From contig AP039689.1 of the NCBI GenBank assembly GCA_051599415.1, positions 1 to 64,000 on the forward strand: a DNA stretch of 64,000 nt. Direction: 5' to 3'. The notes under the pieces are model-generated. The model was not told the origin of the DNA. It was given only the letters and a program-made list of their open reading frames with translations, and searched no databases. Shown piece after piece: positions 20,840-32,449 of this stretch (positions within the stretch are counted from its first letter, which is position 1; each line of letters opens with the position of its first letter). The position numbers and the translations under genes are program-made. The stretch comes from Savitreella phatthalungensis (lineage: Eukaryota).

Positions 20840-21576
20840 GGTGATAGTCGATAGGGGATATCGAAATGGTCGTTTGGGCTACCGTCCTGATTATATACGT
20901 CGGACATCACCTGGTCTCATAGTGCGAAAGGCTGCTGCAGGTCGAACTTGCTATCGCAATCTGGCTAAGGAGAACGGTGTGCAAGACCGGTGACGTCGTG
21001 GGTATCGTTAGTCGCAGAAGAAGGTTTTAACCGTGATTTAATTGGGCACACGTGCACTAGCTGGTCTTGCCAGTAATTCTGCCGCCTCTTTACGCCTGAC
21101 GTATTTACAGGACGTCCAAATTAGTACTTTAAGTGGCTGGCTCGATGACGATCGATGGACTTCACCTGGCTAATCATGGACTAGCCATAGATCTCTCGCG
21201 TCTTTGACATGACTTCTCCATCCTTTGCATCCTGCAAGCCAACTACCGATCCGACTGGCCAAGGTCAACAACTACAGGTGAAAAGTGAGAGAGGTGACGA
21301 GACACCCGCTACCGATATCCAAATAGAATCCAGAAGACGCGTCTTGAAAATCCCGTGCGTTGATCCCTTCTATGCCAGCAATGTGAGAGTCAATGTCGAT
21401 GACGTTTCTGCCGGCCTGGAACGCCCACAAGCAGGTCTTCCCCTTCATTTACTTTGGCCGTATGTCGTCGCTTTCAAAGACAAAAACTTCACATGTCAGC
21501 CCTGGGGGAGCACGAGATTATCCGATTTCCAGTATAATAATAGATCCCCCTGCAATAAGGTCTCGAATTCCGGGAC

Positions 21577-22524
21577 CTATCGGGGAGGGCCTCCACGCTT
21601 AATCTGAGGAAATACAAGGGGAGTGCGAAGCACGGCGCGACGATGGTGCTTGGCCTCCGCACGTGACAGCTTTTTGCGCTGCCTTTCAGCGTCGCTCAGC
21701 GGCTGTATCTGACAGCCGAGCTCTCGCCAGAGTGTGACAACTTCTGGAGGACGCATGCCCAAGTCCTCTTGCAACTCCTTGATCTCGCAAGAGAAGCCGT
21801 CAAGGTGTAGTGCAAGTACGAATAGATGAGTGAGGATGCGGCTATTTCCGCGCGAATCGATACGTCCGGCAGGAGCGAAGCGCAGAATCAGCGAGTCCAG
21901 TAGGGCTCCGGGCGGATTGCGGAGTTTTTCAGAAAGCTTCTCTCTCGTGCCAACAAGCCTGCGATTGAGGAAGATACCGAGGAGGACGGATGCATAGTAG
22001 ATGATTCTCAGTCTCTTTGTGTCGACCTTCCGTTTTGGGTCCGTCTCGGCCTCATCGAATACTCTGCGCATGCGATGATTGATGTATCTCGACTGGCTGC
22101 AGGCAAGCGCTTGTAGTCTATTTTTGTCGTCTTCGATCTTCTTGAAAGACTCGCAGTATTGCTTGAGCGCATCCATCTCATTGCGTTGTATGACACCCTC
22201 CAGCGGATAAGCCAGCGCAAGCACGTCGGTCTGTTTGTCGTGCGGCGGAATTGGACGCATCTCCTCCTGCTTCGCAATGACCTCCTCTTTGCCAGGTACC
22301 AAAGCCGAACCTGCGTTGATATCCTCCATCAGAGTGCTCATGACGCTCCCGATGCCGTTCGTGCTCACCAGGTTGGACTCCCTGGATCTTTGAAGTTTTT
22401 GGGCCTTCTTCGTGCCGAAGGCATCACCGAGGTCTTTCTTGGCATCTGCGTAGACCTTTTGCCGCTTTGCCGATTCCTGTCGCCGGATCTCGTAGTCTTG
22501 CTCGGCCTCGCGCTTGTCAGACAT
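21577..22524 (-). CDS. RPA49: RNA polymerase I subunit A49-like (linker plus tandem winged helix)
   Basis: LGDAFGTKKAQK, RPIPPHD...AYPL, HLFVLALHLDGF, RELGC and AVLRTPLVFP. Confidence 0.85.
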   Translation of the reverse strand: MSDKREAEQDYEIRRQESAKRQKVYADAKKDLGDAFGTKKAQKLQRSRESNLVSTNGIGSVMSTLMEDINAGSALVPGKEEVIAKQEEMRPIPPHDKQTDVLALAYPLEGVIQRNEMDALKQYCESFKKIEDDKNRLQALACSQSRYINHRMRRVFDEAETDPKRKVDTKRLRIIYYASVLLGIFLNRRLVGTREKLSEKLRNPPGALLDSLILRFAPAGRIDSRGNSRILTHLFVLALHLDGFSCEIKELQEDLGMRPPEVVTLWRELGCQIQPLSDAERQRKKLSRAEAKHHRRAVLRTPLVFPQIKRGGPPR

Positions 22525-22632
22525 TGTCCGATAGTCCGACGCGGGTACGGCAACTTGTACCTGTATAGAATGTCATACCTAAGGCTGTCCCTGTATTAAA
22601 TCACTCGAACCATCCACGTGAAAAAATGGCGT

Positions 22633-23814
22633 ATGGATAATGCTCCGCCCACACCGCTCTTCATCCTTCGCGGGCATGCAGGGGAAGTACAGAGCTTGCA
22701 CTGGTCTGAAGGCTGCCTGATAGTCGAGGACTCGACTGGTCAGCGTAAAAGGACCATTGACATCCTGACCGGTGACGTTGAAGGCTATGTAGTGGCTTGG
22801 AGCCTCTCGAATCTGCGTCCTTGCGCGATATGGAAGGCACACGACAAGTCGGTCATTGGTCTCCACGTGTGGCGGGACACGATCGTCACCCATGGGCGTG
22901 ATAACAAGCTTCGGCAATGGCGATTTGTACCCGGCGTGCTGTTGTCGCGCAATCTGCCCATCGACACAAAGAATGATCTACCGAAGCCATTTCTTGTGGC
23001 CTCTCTGGACGTCAATGCCCTGAACTTTTGCAGCATGGCCTGTCAGTCCTGGCGAGACGAACTGCTCGTCTCTGTACCCGGTCTGCTCGGTAGCGCTTAT
23101 ATTGACGTCTTTTCCATGCCACGAGCCCATCGAATCGCCACTAGAATCACTCCTCCGCCGAGTCCGGCGGGCAAGGCGCCTGTCGCGGAGGGACGTAACA
23201 GCGTGACGGCTCTCGACATAGATTATCCTCATCTTGTCGCCGGCTATGAAGATGGGTCAGTGGCATTGTTTCACCTCGACCTCTCGGCGGTCGACCCGAC
23301 GCAGCAGCGACAGGATGGCATTTGGCTTTGTACCTCGCGGTGGCATCGAGCTCATAAGGAGACGGTTCTCTCCGTACGATTCGCCATACGAGCTGACAGC
23401 GACGACAGACCGCATCCAGATGCAATACGTGGCGATCAGATCTTGAGCGCTGGCATAGACGACAATCTGATGCGCTTCCGATTCTCACGAGATGCCGGTG
23501 GCGACGACGACGGCAGATTTGTAGAACGTCAAGATCAAACGGCCACGAAGACTGGTCATTTTGGACAGGGCTCTCTTGCTATCAGACAAGACAAGTGCCT
23601 GATTCTGACGGCTGGCTGGGACGGCAAGGTCAGGATCTTCACGGGTAATCACCTGGAGCAAGTCGCTGTGCTCAAGTGGCATCGAGGTACGGTGCATGCA
23701 GCGGCCTTTCGGCCCCAGCGTCGCCTAGACGGTGATTTCGTCCCGACCGCACTGAAAGAGGTCATTGCAAGCGCTGGCAAAGACGGCAAAGTGGCTCTAT
23801 GGCAGCCGTTCTAG
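22633..23814 (+). CDS. ASA1: WD40 protein, ASTRA-associated protein 1 (Asa1/GNB1L-like)
   Basis: PTPLFILRGH, VTHGRDNKL, LDVNALNFC, AGYEDG, TAGWDGKVRIF and KDGKVALW. Confidence 0.85.
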   Translation: MDNAPPTPLFILRGHAGEVQSLHWSEGCLIVEDSTGQRKRTIDILTGDVEGYVVAWSLSNLRPCAIWKAHDKSVIGLHVWRDTIVTHGRDNKLRQWRFVPGVLLSRNLPIDTKNDLPKPFLVASLDVNALNFCSMACQSWRDELLVSVPGLLGSAYIDVFSMPRAHRIATRITPPPSPAGKAPVAEGRNSVTALDIDYPHLVAGYEDGSVALFHLDLSAVDPTQQRQDGIWLCTSRWHRAHKETVLSVRFAIRADSDDRPHPDAIRGDQILSAGIDDNLMRFRFSRDAGGDDDGRFVERQDQTATKTGHFGQGSLAIRQDKCLILTAGWDGKVRIFTGNHLEQVAVLKWHRGTVHAAAFRPQRRLDGDFVPTALKEVIASAGKDGKVALWQPF

Positions 23815-25232
23815 ATCTTCTTTCTGTGCTTGCGAGGATCGTTACGATTCAACAGCTGTCTCTCGCGCACGCCTTTGCCACCTTCCCAAAATCCAGCTCT
23901 GCGACGCTTGTAGAAAGGTCGACCGCAGTAAGGACATGGCTTGTCTGCGGCGAGAATCGCGGACTCCCTCGAGCATCTCCCACATATTTGCGAGCGGGCT
24001 TGGTCGCTGACGATGTGATCCGCAAGGGCATCATGACATCGGTCGCATGCAAAAACCCTTCCACAGCAGCCGAACCTTAGCCACCTGTAAGATTTGCGAA
24101 AGTGCTTGCACCGACCCTCGTCCGGCAAAGGTGTGCCGCGCACGACAGATCTAAGCTCATCTTTGCGCCTTGTGCGGATGCGGCGGGTCAGGCTGCCGAG
24201 AGACTCGGCGGAGATCTGAAGGAAGCTGATCTTAGCAATCTCGACCTGTAGACGTGAGTGGCATCCGCGGCATGGTCGAGTCTGCGGCTGTTCCGGCGCG
24301 AGCCCTTTGAACAGGTCGTCCGCTCGCGAGCAAAGCTGGCACGTCGCGAGGAAACTCGATGGTCCGAGCGACTCTACGACCGCGCCTTGCAAATCCAGGT
24401 AGCCAAGCCGATCATTCCCAGAGTGCAGAACCTGCGGTCGATATGTGGCGGACAATGCGGCCGAGCACCGCGGACAAACGGTCTGACACGATCCCCCAGC
24501 AGGCACAGCGGGCAGCTCGACATGCTGTTGCCGGCAGCGAAAGCATCGGACACTTAGACGTAGAGACTTTGGCTCTAGTAAGGATATGTTTCCTAGCGTC
24601 AGCTGGCAGTCCAGCGCAGTCCCCTTTTGCTGCGTCGTTGCGTACGCGATGCTGGAAAACTCACTTGCCTCGGAACCCGAGTCTGACCAAGCTCGGTCTG
24701 CTTCATCTGACTCCGAAGTCTTTGCGGAACTGTGCTCGACATCGCTGCCATCGGGCACGTAGTGCTGGATAGCGTCATCTATCCTGAAAAAGGCGTACCC
24801 GGGGTTGGGCGACTTCGATTCTGTCTCTCCGGCGACGGGTGGGTCAAGCTGTATGGCTCTTGATGATTCTGCATTCTTTCGCTCAGTTGCCCGACTGATA
24901 GCCGTTTTTATCAGGTTATCGAGCTGAGCATTGATCTTGTTGAGACTTTGGAGAATGGTTCGAGTCGATAAATCAAGCTCATCATTGATGAGTCCTTCGA
25001 GTTGCTCTTCCGCTGCGCAGTCATCGACTGTTAAGGGCGATTTGGTCACGATTGCCCACGCGCTGAGTTCAGGCCATGTCGTTGGCACGTACAGCTGCAG
25101 GCATAATCTCTCACTCAAGGTCGCATTGTAGCACGCTTCAGAGACAGTATCATCAGGACCACCTCCCAATCTTTGTGGCTTCAATCTTCTTTCCAATTGC
25201 CGGAGCGACTCAGCGCGTGTCATCTGCATCAT
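23811..25232 (-). CDS. CHY-type zinc-finger protein
   Basis: Several CxxC pairs; C-terminal GRCKHFRKSYRWLRFGCC...CDRCHD...ICGRCSRE...GFWEGGKG. Confidence 0.85.
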   Translation of the reverse strand: MMQMTRAESLRQLERRLKPQRLGGGPDDTVSEACYNATLSERLCLQLYVPTTWPELSAWAIVTKSPLTVDDCAAEEQLEGLINDELDLSTRTILQSLNKINAQLDNLIKTAISRATERKNAESSRAIQLDPPVAGETESKSPNPGYAFFRIDDAIQHYVPDGSDVEHSSAKTSESDEADRAWSDSGSEASEFSSIAYATTQQKGTALDCQLTLGNISLLEPKSLRLSVRCFRCRQQHVELPAVPAGGSCQTVCPRCSAALSATYRPQVLHSGNDRLGYLDLQGAVVESLGPSSFLATCQLCSRADDLFKGLAPEQPQTRPCRGCHSRLQVEIAKISFLQISAESLGSLTRRIRTRRKDELRSVVRGTPLPDEGRCKHFRKSYRWLRFGCCGRVFACDRCHDALADHIVSDQARSQICGRCSRESAILAADKPCPYCGRPFYKRRRAGFWEGGKGVRERQLLNRNDPRKHRKKI

Positions 25233-25342
25233 TACATCATTCGTGCCTTCCTACATTTACAGTCATACAAACAATGTCGTCAAGATTTTCCGGAATATTC
25301 ACCGCCAGGTATTCGAGTCTTTGCGTACGGTTCAAGATCAAG

Positions 25343-25597
25343 TTATTTGCCGCGCAGCTGCTCAAATACTGCCAGCATCTGCTCCGTCTTGGTTGAGAGG
25401 CCGTGCTGCGCCTGCTGCTTTGCGCTAGACCCGCGAAGAGCCATGTTATCTTCTGTAGTAGTTCTATCCAGTGCCGCTTTGTATTCTCGGTCCTTCTCAC
25501 GGCTTGCGTGGAGCTTGCGTACCTTTCGATCCTGCTTCACTTGCTGACGCAGGCCTGATGGTTTCGCCTTGATACTTTTCCTGCCAGTACGAGACAT
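25343..25597 (-). CDS. Small basic hypothetical protein (84 aa)
   Basis: ATG-initiated, K/R-rich helical ORF filling the gap between genes. No family recognised. Confidence 0.4.
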   Translation of the reverse strand: MSRTGRKSIKAKPSGLRQQVKQDRKVRKLHASREKDREYKAALDRTTTEDNMALRGSSAKQQAQHGLSTKTEQMLAVFEQLRGK

Positions 25598-25884
25598 GGA
25601 TCGACCAATGCTACTCCGGTGTAATTGTGTCCAGGCACTCTGCCAAAGACTTTAATCCATTCCTCGTGCATCATCACGACGATGATCGACCCATGCCATT
25701 TTTTCCCGTGAAATCGAAGCTGCAGGCTGTGCATTCGATCGAGATCAATGAATCACGGGCATGGACAAATCAGCTTTGCTTGGTAGCTTTCAATACACAC
25801 TCGAGGTCAAGAACGCGTAATCGGTTACACGACTCAAATAGTCGACGACATCGATCCCGACCCGACACAGACCTCCTTCGCACG

Positions 25885-27222
25885 ATGGGCAATGCGCAAT
25901 CCGGCTTTCCGGGAGGCTTACCTGGTCAAGGTGGACAAGGAGACAAGAAGAAGAACGATAAGCCAAAGTATGAACCGCCGCCGCGGACCACGATCGGCAA
26001 GAAGAAGAAGAAGAGCAAGGGTCCAGATGCCGTGGTCGCATTGCCTGCTGTGACGCCAAATACCCGCTGCAAGCTCAAGCTACTTAAATCACAACGAATC
26101 AATGACTATCTGCTACTTGAAGAGGAGTTCGTCATGAACCAGGAGAGGCTCAAACCGACAGATGAAAAGACTGCAGAGGAGCGCTCCAAAGTCGATGACG
26201 TCCGTGGTTCGCCAATGTCCGTGGGCACGCTGGAGGAAATCATCGACGACGACCACGCGATTGTTTCGAGCAGCTCTGGGCCGGAGTACTACGTCTCCAT
26301 CCTCTCATTCGTGGACAAGGATCTATTGGAACCGGGCTGTTCCGTGCTGCTACACCACAAGACCGTTAGCATTGTCGGTGTGCTAGGCGATGATGTTGAT
26401 CCAATGGTGTCTGTCATGAAGTTAGATAAAGCTCCGACGGAATCATACGCAGACATTGGTGGACTCGAACAGCAGATTCAGGAAATCAAGGAGTCTGTCG
26501 AACTACCATTGACACACCCAGAATTGTACGAGGAGATGGGAATCCGTCCACCGAAAGGAGTCATTCTCTATGGCGTTCCGGGGACGGGTAAGACCCTTCT
26601 TGCCAAGGCTGTGGCCAATCAGACAAGTGCCACATTCTTGCGCGTCGTCGGCAGCGAGCTCATCCAGAAATACCTCGGCGATGGGCCTAAGCTCGTCCGG
26701 GAGCTCTTCAGAGTAGCCGAGGAAAACGCGCCGTCAATCGTCTTTATCGATGAGATCGACGCAATTGGTACGAAGCGTTACGATGCACAGAGTGGCGCAG
26801 AGCGAGAGATCCAGCGCACCATGCTCGAGCTTCTGAATCAGCTCGACGGCTTCGACATGCGTGGCGACGTCAAGGTGATCATGGCTACGAACCGCATATC
26901 TGACCTTGACCCTGCGCTCATCCGTCCAGGACGCATCGACCGGAAGATCGAATTTACCAATCCAGACCCTCAGACTGTCCGGAAGATCCTCCAGATTCAC
27001 ACAGCAAAAATGAATCTTGCAGACGACGTGGATCTTGAGGAGTTCATCGGAAGCAAGGGTGAGTTGTCGGGCGCAGACATCAAATCGCTCTGCTCAGAGG
27101 CGGGCCTACGTGCCTTGCGGGAGAGGCGCATGCGTGTCAACCGTCAGGACTTTGTCGAGGCGAGGGAACAAGTCATGAAGACGAAAGACCAGGACGCTGT
27201 GTCAGGAGGCATGTTCTTGTGA
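25885..27222 (+). CDS. RPT2: 26S proteasome AAA-ATPase subunit 4 (Rpt2/Mts2)
   Basis: Start [33 protein letters not shown] and RPGRIDRKI. Confidence 0.97.
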   Translation: MGNAQSGFPGGLPGQGGQGDKKKNDKPKYEPPPRTTIGKKKKKSKGPDAVVALPAVTPNTRCKLKLLKSQRINDYLLLEEEFVMNQERLKPTDEKTAEERSKVDDVRGSPMSVGTLEEIIDDDHAIVSSSSGPEYYVSILSFVDKDLLEPGCSVLLHHKTVSIVGVLGDDVDPMVSVMKLDKAPTESYADIGGLEQQIQEIKESVELPLTHPELYEEMGIRPPKGVILYGVPGTGKTLLAKAVANQTSATFLRVVGSELIQKYLGDGPKLVRELFRVAEENAPSIVFIDEIDAIGTKRYDAQSGAEREIQRTMLELLNQLDGFDMRGDVKVIMATNRISDLDPALIRPGRIDRKIEFTNPDPQTVRKILQIHTAKMNLADDVDLEEFIGSKGELSGADIKSLCSEAGLRALRERRMRVNRQDFVEAREQVMKTKDQDAVSGGMFL

Positions 27223-27264
27223 TGACCGAATGTAGGCATAATGATCGTTTCGCTATGAACAGAT

Positions 27265-27921
27265 TTAGCACTGACACCCTCCGGGCGTGAGACCGCCACT
27301 TGGCCGACCGAGATCGACGCCACCGGAGCGCGCCGCGGGCGTCTGCCTTTGACGATTGGCCGGTGAATCGAGAGGCAGCTTCTTTGCTATCGCCATGAAT
27401 AATTCCTGCACGTTATGAGCGTCCTTTGCGCTTGTCTCGAAGAACACCAGGCCGGCCTCTGCTGCATACGCCTGTGCATCTTCCGTCGCAACCTCCCTCT
27501 TGTCTTCCGCCAGATCGTGTTTATTGCCGGCCAGGGCGATGATGATGCCCTCATTTGCCTGTCGCTGCAGTTCCTTGATCCAGGCTTTCGCCTTGTCCAG
27601 CGATGCGGATTGCGTGATATCATAGACGACAACGGCACAGTTTGCGTTGCGATAATACATCGGAGCGAGCGATTTATAGCGCTCCTGGCCGGCAGTGTCC
27701 CAGATCTCAAACTTGATCGTGGTGTTATCATCGAGAGCCAGTGTCTGCGTTAAGAAGGCGGCGCCGATCGTTGACTCGCGATAATCACTGAATTGATCTT
27801 TCACAAAGCGCAACACCAAAGACGACTTGCCCACAGCGGACTCGCCAAGGAGAACAAGCTTGAACTGGAAGAGTTTTCCCGAAGCAGCGCCATGCGCCGT
27901 CGAAGCGCGTACAGCGCTCAT
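27265..27921 (-). CDS. YPT5: Rab5-family GTPase (Ypt5/Vps21-like)
   Basis: GESAVGKS, effector [25 protein letters not shown] and C-terminal CQC. Confidence 0.92.
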   Translation of the reverse strand: MSAVRASTAHGAASGKLFQFKLVLLGESAVGKSSLVLRFVKDQFSDYRESTIGAAFLTQTLALDDNTTIKFEIWDTAGQERYKSLAPMYYRNANCAVVVYDITQSASLDKAKAWIKELQRQANEGIIIALAGNKHDLAEDKREVATEDAQAYAAEAGLVFFETSAKDAHNVQELFMAIAKKLPLDSPANRQRQTPAARSGGVDLGRPSGGLTPGGCQC

Positions 27922-28616
27922 TTACCGACCAGGAAAATCGAAGCGCTTGTGAACAAGTCTTGAATATGTGAGGCGTGATAAGCGCGCAAAGTAGACGTTT
28001 ACGTATTGTTCAAGGTTTCTGTGGACTATGAGGCGATGTAACGCAAAACGCACAGCGGCTTGTGCTAGTCAAGTGATGCAGACCAAAGAAGTTGGTCAAT
28101 GCAGAAGATATCACAATTGGTAGGATACTAACTATGATGGGTCAGCATTTGCAAATGCGATTCCAGGTGAATCCGATCTTATAAATTTAACTGGATAGGC
28201 TTGGCAAGTGGCGCATCTTCAGATTATTATCTCAGATTCCGACCAGCACAGCTCAGAAACTCGCTTAAACGGGCGAAGCTGACCGAGCGATACTCCGCGT
28301 GAAGCATCCAGCTTACTGTATGCTTTACAATGGTCGTGACGAGATCCTTCCTGTCCGATTTGGACTCTCCGACGTCCACTATGGAGAACCTCGGCCTCAT
28401 CATGATTCATGACAGTCATCATTCAATCATGCACATATATATTCGGACGTGACCTCGAAATGATTTATTCGTTTGATCCAGCTACATGTCGAACCTCTCA
28501 ATACACGTTACCCGGCTAGTCAATTTAGAAGTCTTAAGACGCGATTTTTTCAACCATCCTGACGCGACAGAACCAAGTTGAGAAGGAGTGCCTGCCCGGC
28601 TTCGGCTGGCGCATCC

Positions 28617-31600
28617 ATGAGCAGGTGCTCAGGGAGCTTCCTAGAGCTCAATAAGGAGAACAAAACCCCCGAAAGGTCTGAAGTCAAGCGCGTCCTCTTC
28701 TCACCCGGACCAGACCTCATCCGGCCGAGCCTGCATGCATGTCCGGGCAGTGCAACGAGGCCGCCCAGATCTGCACTAAAAGCCGCCTCCCCCACTTCAG
28801 ACCGCGTCCTGCAACTCAATTCATTGCCCTGTGCGAGCGGCAAGCTAAGCGCAATGATCACAAGCGCGATCTATGTGCTCAAGAGACACGAGCGTGCCGC
28901 GCGCCTCGAGGTACTGGGTCTCTTAATCGATGCTTTTCGCAATCTGGCGCGGTTCCCAGACCATGAGATGTCTGCCCGCAAGGTCAATGAGCTTTTCGCC
29001 TTACTTCTTGACGATTTGCGCGACAAGTCGCCCGGCTGTGAGACGCCGGATTATCCTATTCAAAGTCGTGCGGCTACGGCTCTGGGATTTCTGCTGCACG
29101 ACGAGCAGCTTGCTGGCATGATACACACGAAGCAGGCGCGTTCGCTGATGGAATTCTCGCTTGTGCGCCTGGAGGCTGCAGACGCGTCGAAAGCCTCGAC
29201 ATCGATGTTTCTCTGGCTTTGGCAGACGCAGCGACTTCCGCAGCAGGTTATCAGCGGCGATATTTGTGTGCGCATGATCCTGGCGAGCACGTCTGCAGGC
29301 TTCAGTTCTCTGAAGATCACGACTGAGCGTCTAGCCGTCTTGACCAGATTGTTAGATCAGGATGCAGATGCAATGGCTCTCCATTGCAAACACTGGCTTC
29401 CATATGTCATCGGCCACTTGTTCGAGGCCCATCGAGCCGTGCGCATGCCCGCCCTGCGAATAGCAATTCAGGCTGGTCGGCGCTTCACTAGACAGCCTGT
29501 GGTCGGGGCGTGTCTTCAATCGCACCTGAAATCATGCATGAAGCACGGCCAGACATTCCTCGATCTGGCTGCCGGACGCTTCAAAGCAATTGCCACGGAA
29601 GATGATGGTGGCCCTTATCTTGCCAAAGTCTGGGCCGCTATATGCACACTCTCTTCGTCTCAAAATCCCGAGAAAAGCGGGAGCCTCATGCCTTGGATGC
29701 ATTGCCTCCAGACAGTTTTTCAGACAGCTGCTCCAGAGAGCAAAGCGCAGGCACAGATGGCCTGGCTGAGCATGATCTACTACTTCGCCAACAATGACGA
29801 CGTCATCTATAAAGTGAAGAACATTGCATTTCTGGCGAAGCCGATGGTGAGAATCATCACGATTGATACCGCGGCTTCTGGGAAGGTGTTGGATGCGGCG
29901 TTTTCGGCGACTGTGGCTCTCCTGTATGCGTTGAACAAGCCAGGACTCACGTTTCAGCAGACGGAGCTCATTTGGGCAGAGGCTGTTGTGCCCCTTCTAC
30001 GCCTCGTCCTGAGCAATGCAAACCTCAAAGAGAGAGCTTCGCAATTGTTGGATGCACTGTTGCGTCCAAGGACGTGTGAGATATGGTCGCTAGAGCGTCT
30101 GCTTGATGACGCCAAAATCGACCCTCAACTAATGACGCCGCTGGACCACAAATGGATGAGAGAGCATCTTAGGGCTGTACTCGAGCTGATTCACGATTGT
30201 GTCGATGACGCACAGATTTGGGAAGCTCTGATGCTCTCTCTGCGGGCTGCCACAGCAAAAGAGGTTCAGCCTTCCGCCGAGACGACGTTGGCTGCAACAG
30301 AGATCGTTCGCTTCTGTGCACAACTGTCGTCTCGAGAGCTTGCGGCAGAGCTCCTCAGCGAGACTTTCAGGGTCGTCGGAACCGGCATCTTTTACTATCG
30401 CCTTGAGGACACTGGCATAGTCAGATTGCTGATCGATCTCTTCTCCTGCGATAAAGGCGCGGCGCTGTTTGAAACGAGTATCTTGCAGCTTGCGCAAAGC
30501 AAGGCTGTTTCGCTGTATCGTGCAGTACTGCCAGAGATCAAAAGCGAGACCTTTTGGCTATCAATTGCGTCTCATCTGCTGTGCAATGACAAAGGCTTCG
30601 ATGATGTTGTCGAGGACGTGCTTCTGGCAGGGCTACAATGGATCGATCACATGCAGACTATTCAGGAGACATGGGTCAGTCTTCTGTATCGAGCCACAGA
30701 CGTCAAGTCTCTTCGTGAGCCTCTGCTCGCTCTTCCAGATCCCCCAGCACTTTGTATCTTGGCTATGTACGAGCTCACGAAGGACCAATCGCTGCTCCTG
30801 CTAGCCCTGCGATTAAATGACGATCACGTGCTGCAGACTGCCTGTACGCACATAACCTCTGCGCCGGCCGACATGCTCCCGGCGATTTTCGAAACAATCA
30901 TCGATCGCGAGACCGTGCCAGACTGTCTTGCACAGGCGATTCAGGCCGTCGTTCGGACTATTACAGACGCAAGAATCCTGCATCAGATGCATGCTCTAGG
31001 CAAGCATGCGCATCCACACGGAGAGCTGATTCAAGATCTCCTGAGTGGTTGCCTGGTCCATAGTTCAGCAGATCAAACACCTGGCGACCCAAATGAGATC
31101 GCGCAAGTCCATGACAGCTTAGCGGGCCCGGCCGAAATGCGCAATCCGTCGATCGCGAGTAGACCTGGCGCGACAGAACCTGAAGAAGAGTCAGGGACGA
31201 GCGAGGATCGTGACTGTCCGGTGGTGTTGATCGATGCAGTCCGAGTTCCGAGACGGAAACGCTCTCGGTCTCTTTCGAGCTCAGATAGCGATCGTTCCTC
31301 GTCAGATCTGGCGCTGCCGGCTTCATGCTCCACAACCGCATCTGCAGGGCCTGTCACGAGCTGCCTGGCGGGACGTCCGAAAGGCCGGCCCTCCCTAGCA
31401 GGTCAGGTATCACTTGCTTCTGTCGTCATCAAGGTCCCTCGCAAGCATACAGCCACTGACGACGCAAGTGATGGAGAAGTCGCTACGCGGCAGCTTACGC
31501 AGGAGGGTGCCCATGAATCAACCGATGAGCAATCTGTCATGGAGGCCCACGACGACGAAGTCTTCCTTCAGCAGCTTCGGCAGTACCGCAAGTCACTTGA

Positions 31601-31730
31601 TCTCAGGTCGCGCGAAAGGTCGACTGTCGGCACGCCACGCTCGACACGTCGCAGGCGCTTGCGGCTCGCTGAGCTGATGCGCGAAGTTGCAGGTTTACAA
31701 GGCGATATCACGGAGGCCATGTTGGGATAG
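28617..31730 (+). CDS. RIF1: Rif1-like telomere-length/replication-timing regulator (N-terminal HEAT domain)
   Basis: N-terminal PP1-docking KRVLF followed by SILK-like SALK, a long helical HEAT-like region and a disordered acidic C-terminus. Start codon uncertain. Confidence 0.75.
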   Translation: MSRCSGSFLELNKENKTPERSEVKRVLFSPGPDLIRPSLHACPGSATRPPRSALKAASPTSDRVLQLNSLPCASGKLSAMITSAIYVLKRHERAARLEVLGLLIDAFRNLARFPDHEMSARKVNELFALLLDDLRDKSPGCETPDYPIQSRAATALGFLLHDEQLAGMIHTKQARSLMEFSLVRLEAADASKASTSMFLWLWQTQRLPQQVISGDICVRMILASTSAGFSSLKITTERLAVLTRLLDQDADAMALHCKHWLPYVIGHLFEAHRAVRMPALRIAIQAGRRFTRQPVVGACLQSHLKSCMKHGQTFLDLAAGRFKAIATEDDGGPYLAKVWAAICTLSSSQNPEKSGSLMPWMHCLQTVFQTAAPESKAQAQMAWLSMIYYFANNDDVIYKVKNIAFLAKPMVRIITIDTAASGKVLDAAFSATVALLYALNKPGLTFQQTELIWAEAVVPLLRLVLSNANLKERASQLLDALLRPRTCEIWSLERLLDDAKIDPQLMTPLDHKWMREHLRAVLELIHDCVDDAQIWEALMLSLRAATAKEVQPSAETTLAATEIVRFCAQLSSRELAAELLSETFRVVGTGIFYYRLEDTGIVRLLIDLFSCDKGAALFETSILQLAQSKAVSLYRAVLPEIKSETFWLSIASHLLCNDKGFDDVVEDVLLAGLQWIDHMQTIQETWVSLLYRATDVKSLREPLLALPDPPALCILAMYELTKDQSLLLLALRLNDDHVLQTACTHITSAPADMLPAIFETIIDRETVPDCLAQAIQAVVRTITDARILHQMHALGKHAHPHGELIQDLLSGCLVHSSADQTPGDPNEIAQVHDSLAGPAEMRNPSIASRPGATEPEEESGTSEDRDCPVVLIDAVRVPRRKRSRSLSSSDSDRSSSDLALPASCSTTASAGPVTSCLAGRPKGRPSLAGQVSLASVVIKVPRKHTATDDASDGEVATRQLTQEGAHESTDEQSVMEAHDDEVFLQQLRQYRKSLDLRSRERSTVGTPRSTRRRRLRLAELMREVAGLQGDITEAMLG

Positions 31731-31813
31731 CAGATAATTTTAATATTGTACATCGGGGTCATGCGCGGCGTTGTTCACGTTATTGGAGAGATTGTAATTC
31801 CACGAGTCCGGGC

Positions 31814-32449
31814 CTAGAGCCAGCGAGACAGGTTGCTGTCAAGCAGGGCGTCCTCGACCTCGGCTTTCAGGGCGAGTAGGTCTGAATTCGTTGGCTCGTA
31901 TGCCAGACCTCTCTCCAGGGTCTGCAAGGCCGCCTTGAGCTTGTCCAGCTGGATCTGGGCCTTTGCGCAACGGAAGTACCCTTTCGACCAGTTTGGTCGC
32001 GTCACGATGCAAAAGTGGGCATCAGCATATGCTTCCGGAGCGGCGCCAGCCTGTAAGAAAGCCGCGCTTCGGTTGCTCAGGAGCGTTGCGATCTCCTCTG
32101 ATGCCATCTGGCACGGCTCCCATGGCGGACGCGAGATGGCCACATCGAGCGCTTGTGTATACAACTGTAGTGCTTGTTGATGCTCCTTTTTGCCGAAATG
32201 TTCGTTCCCCTTCTTCTTGAGCTGCTCGACGTGTGGCGTGCGACCAGGATTGATTGATTGAGGCGGTGGACCCGGCACCTCTGCTGGAAACGGCGTCGTA
32301 GCTAGACCGTTATGCAAGGATTGTAACTGCAGTAAGGCCATCTTGAGGCCCGCATCATCGGATGCGGATGCGCAGTCGAGCTTGACGAACTTGGGATGCG
32401 AGGCGTCGGGCGCGATTGTGATGCTGTGGTTGACAAAGGTCTCCATCAC
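31814..32449 (-). CDS. SEC72: TPR protein, Sec72-like translocon subunit
   Basis: LKKKGNEHF, RPPWEP, LSNRSAA and WSKGYFR. Confidence 0.8.
   Translation of the reverse strand: MMETFVNHSITIAPDASHPKFVKLDCASASDDAGLKMALLQLQSLHNGLATTPFPAEVPGPPPQSINPGRTPHVEQLKKKGNEHFGKKEHQQALQLYTQALDVAISRPPWEPCQMASEEIATLLSNRSAAFLQAGAAPEAYADAHFCIVTRPNWSKGYFRCAKAQIQLDKLKAALQTLERGLAYEPTNSDLLALKAEVEDALLDSNLSRWL

Noticed and set aside
21209..21607. 132-aa ATG ORF between PIL1 and RPA49
   Set aside because: No recognisable family, and it overlaps the RPA49 3' end; it cannot be supported without expression data.
25627..25884. N-terminal extensions given by the ORF track for RPT2 (also FRE, TNA1-like, DCC1, CBF1)
   Set aside because: They begin at GTG/TTG; the first ATG matches the expected conserved start.
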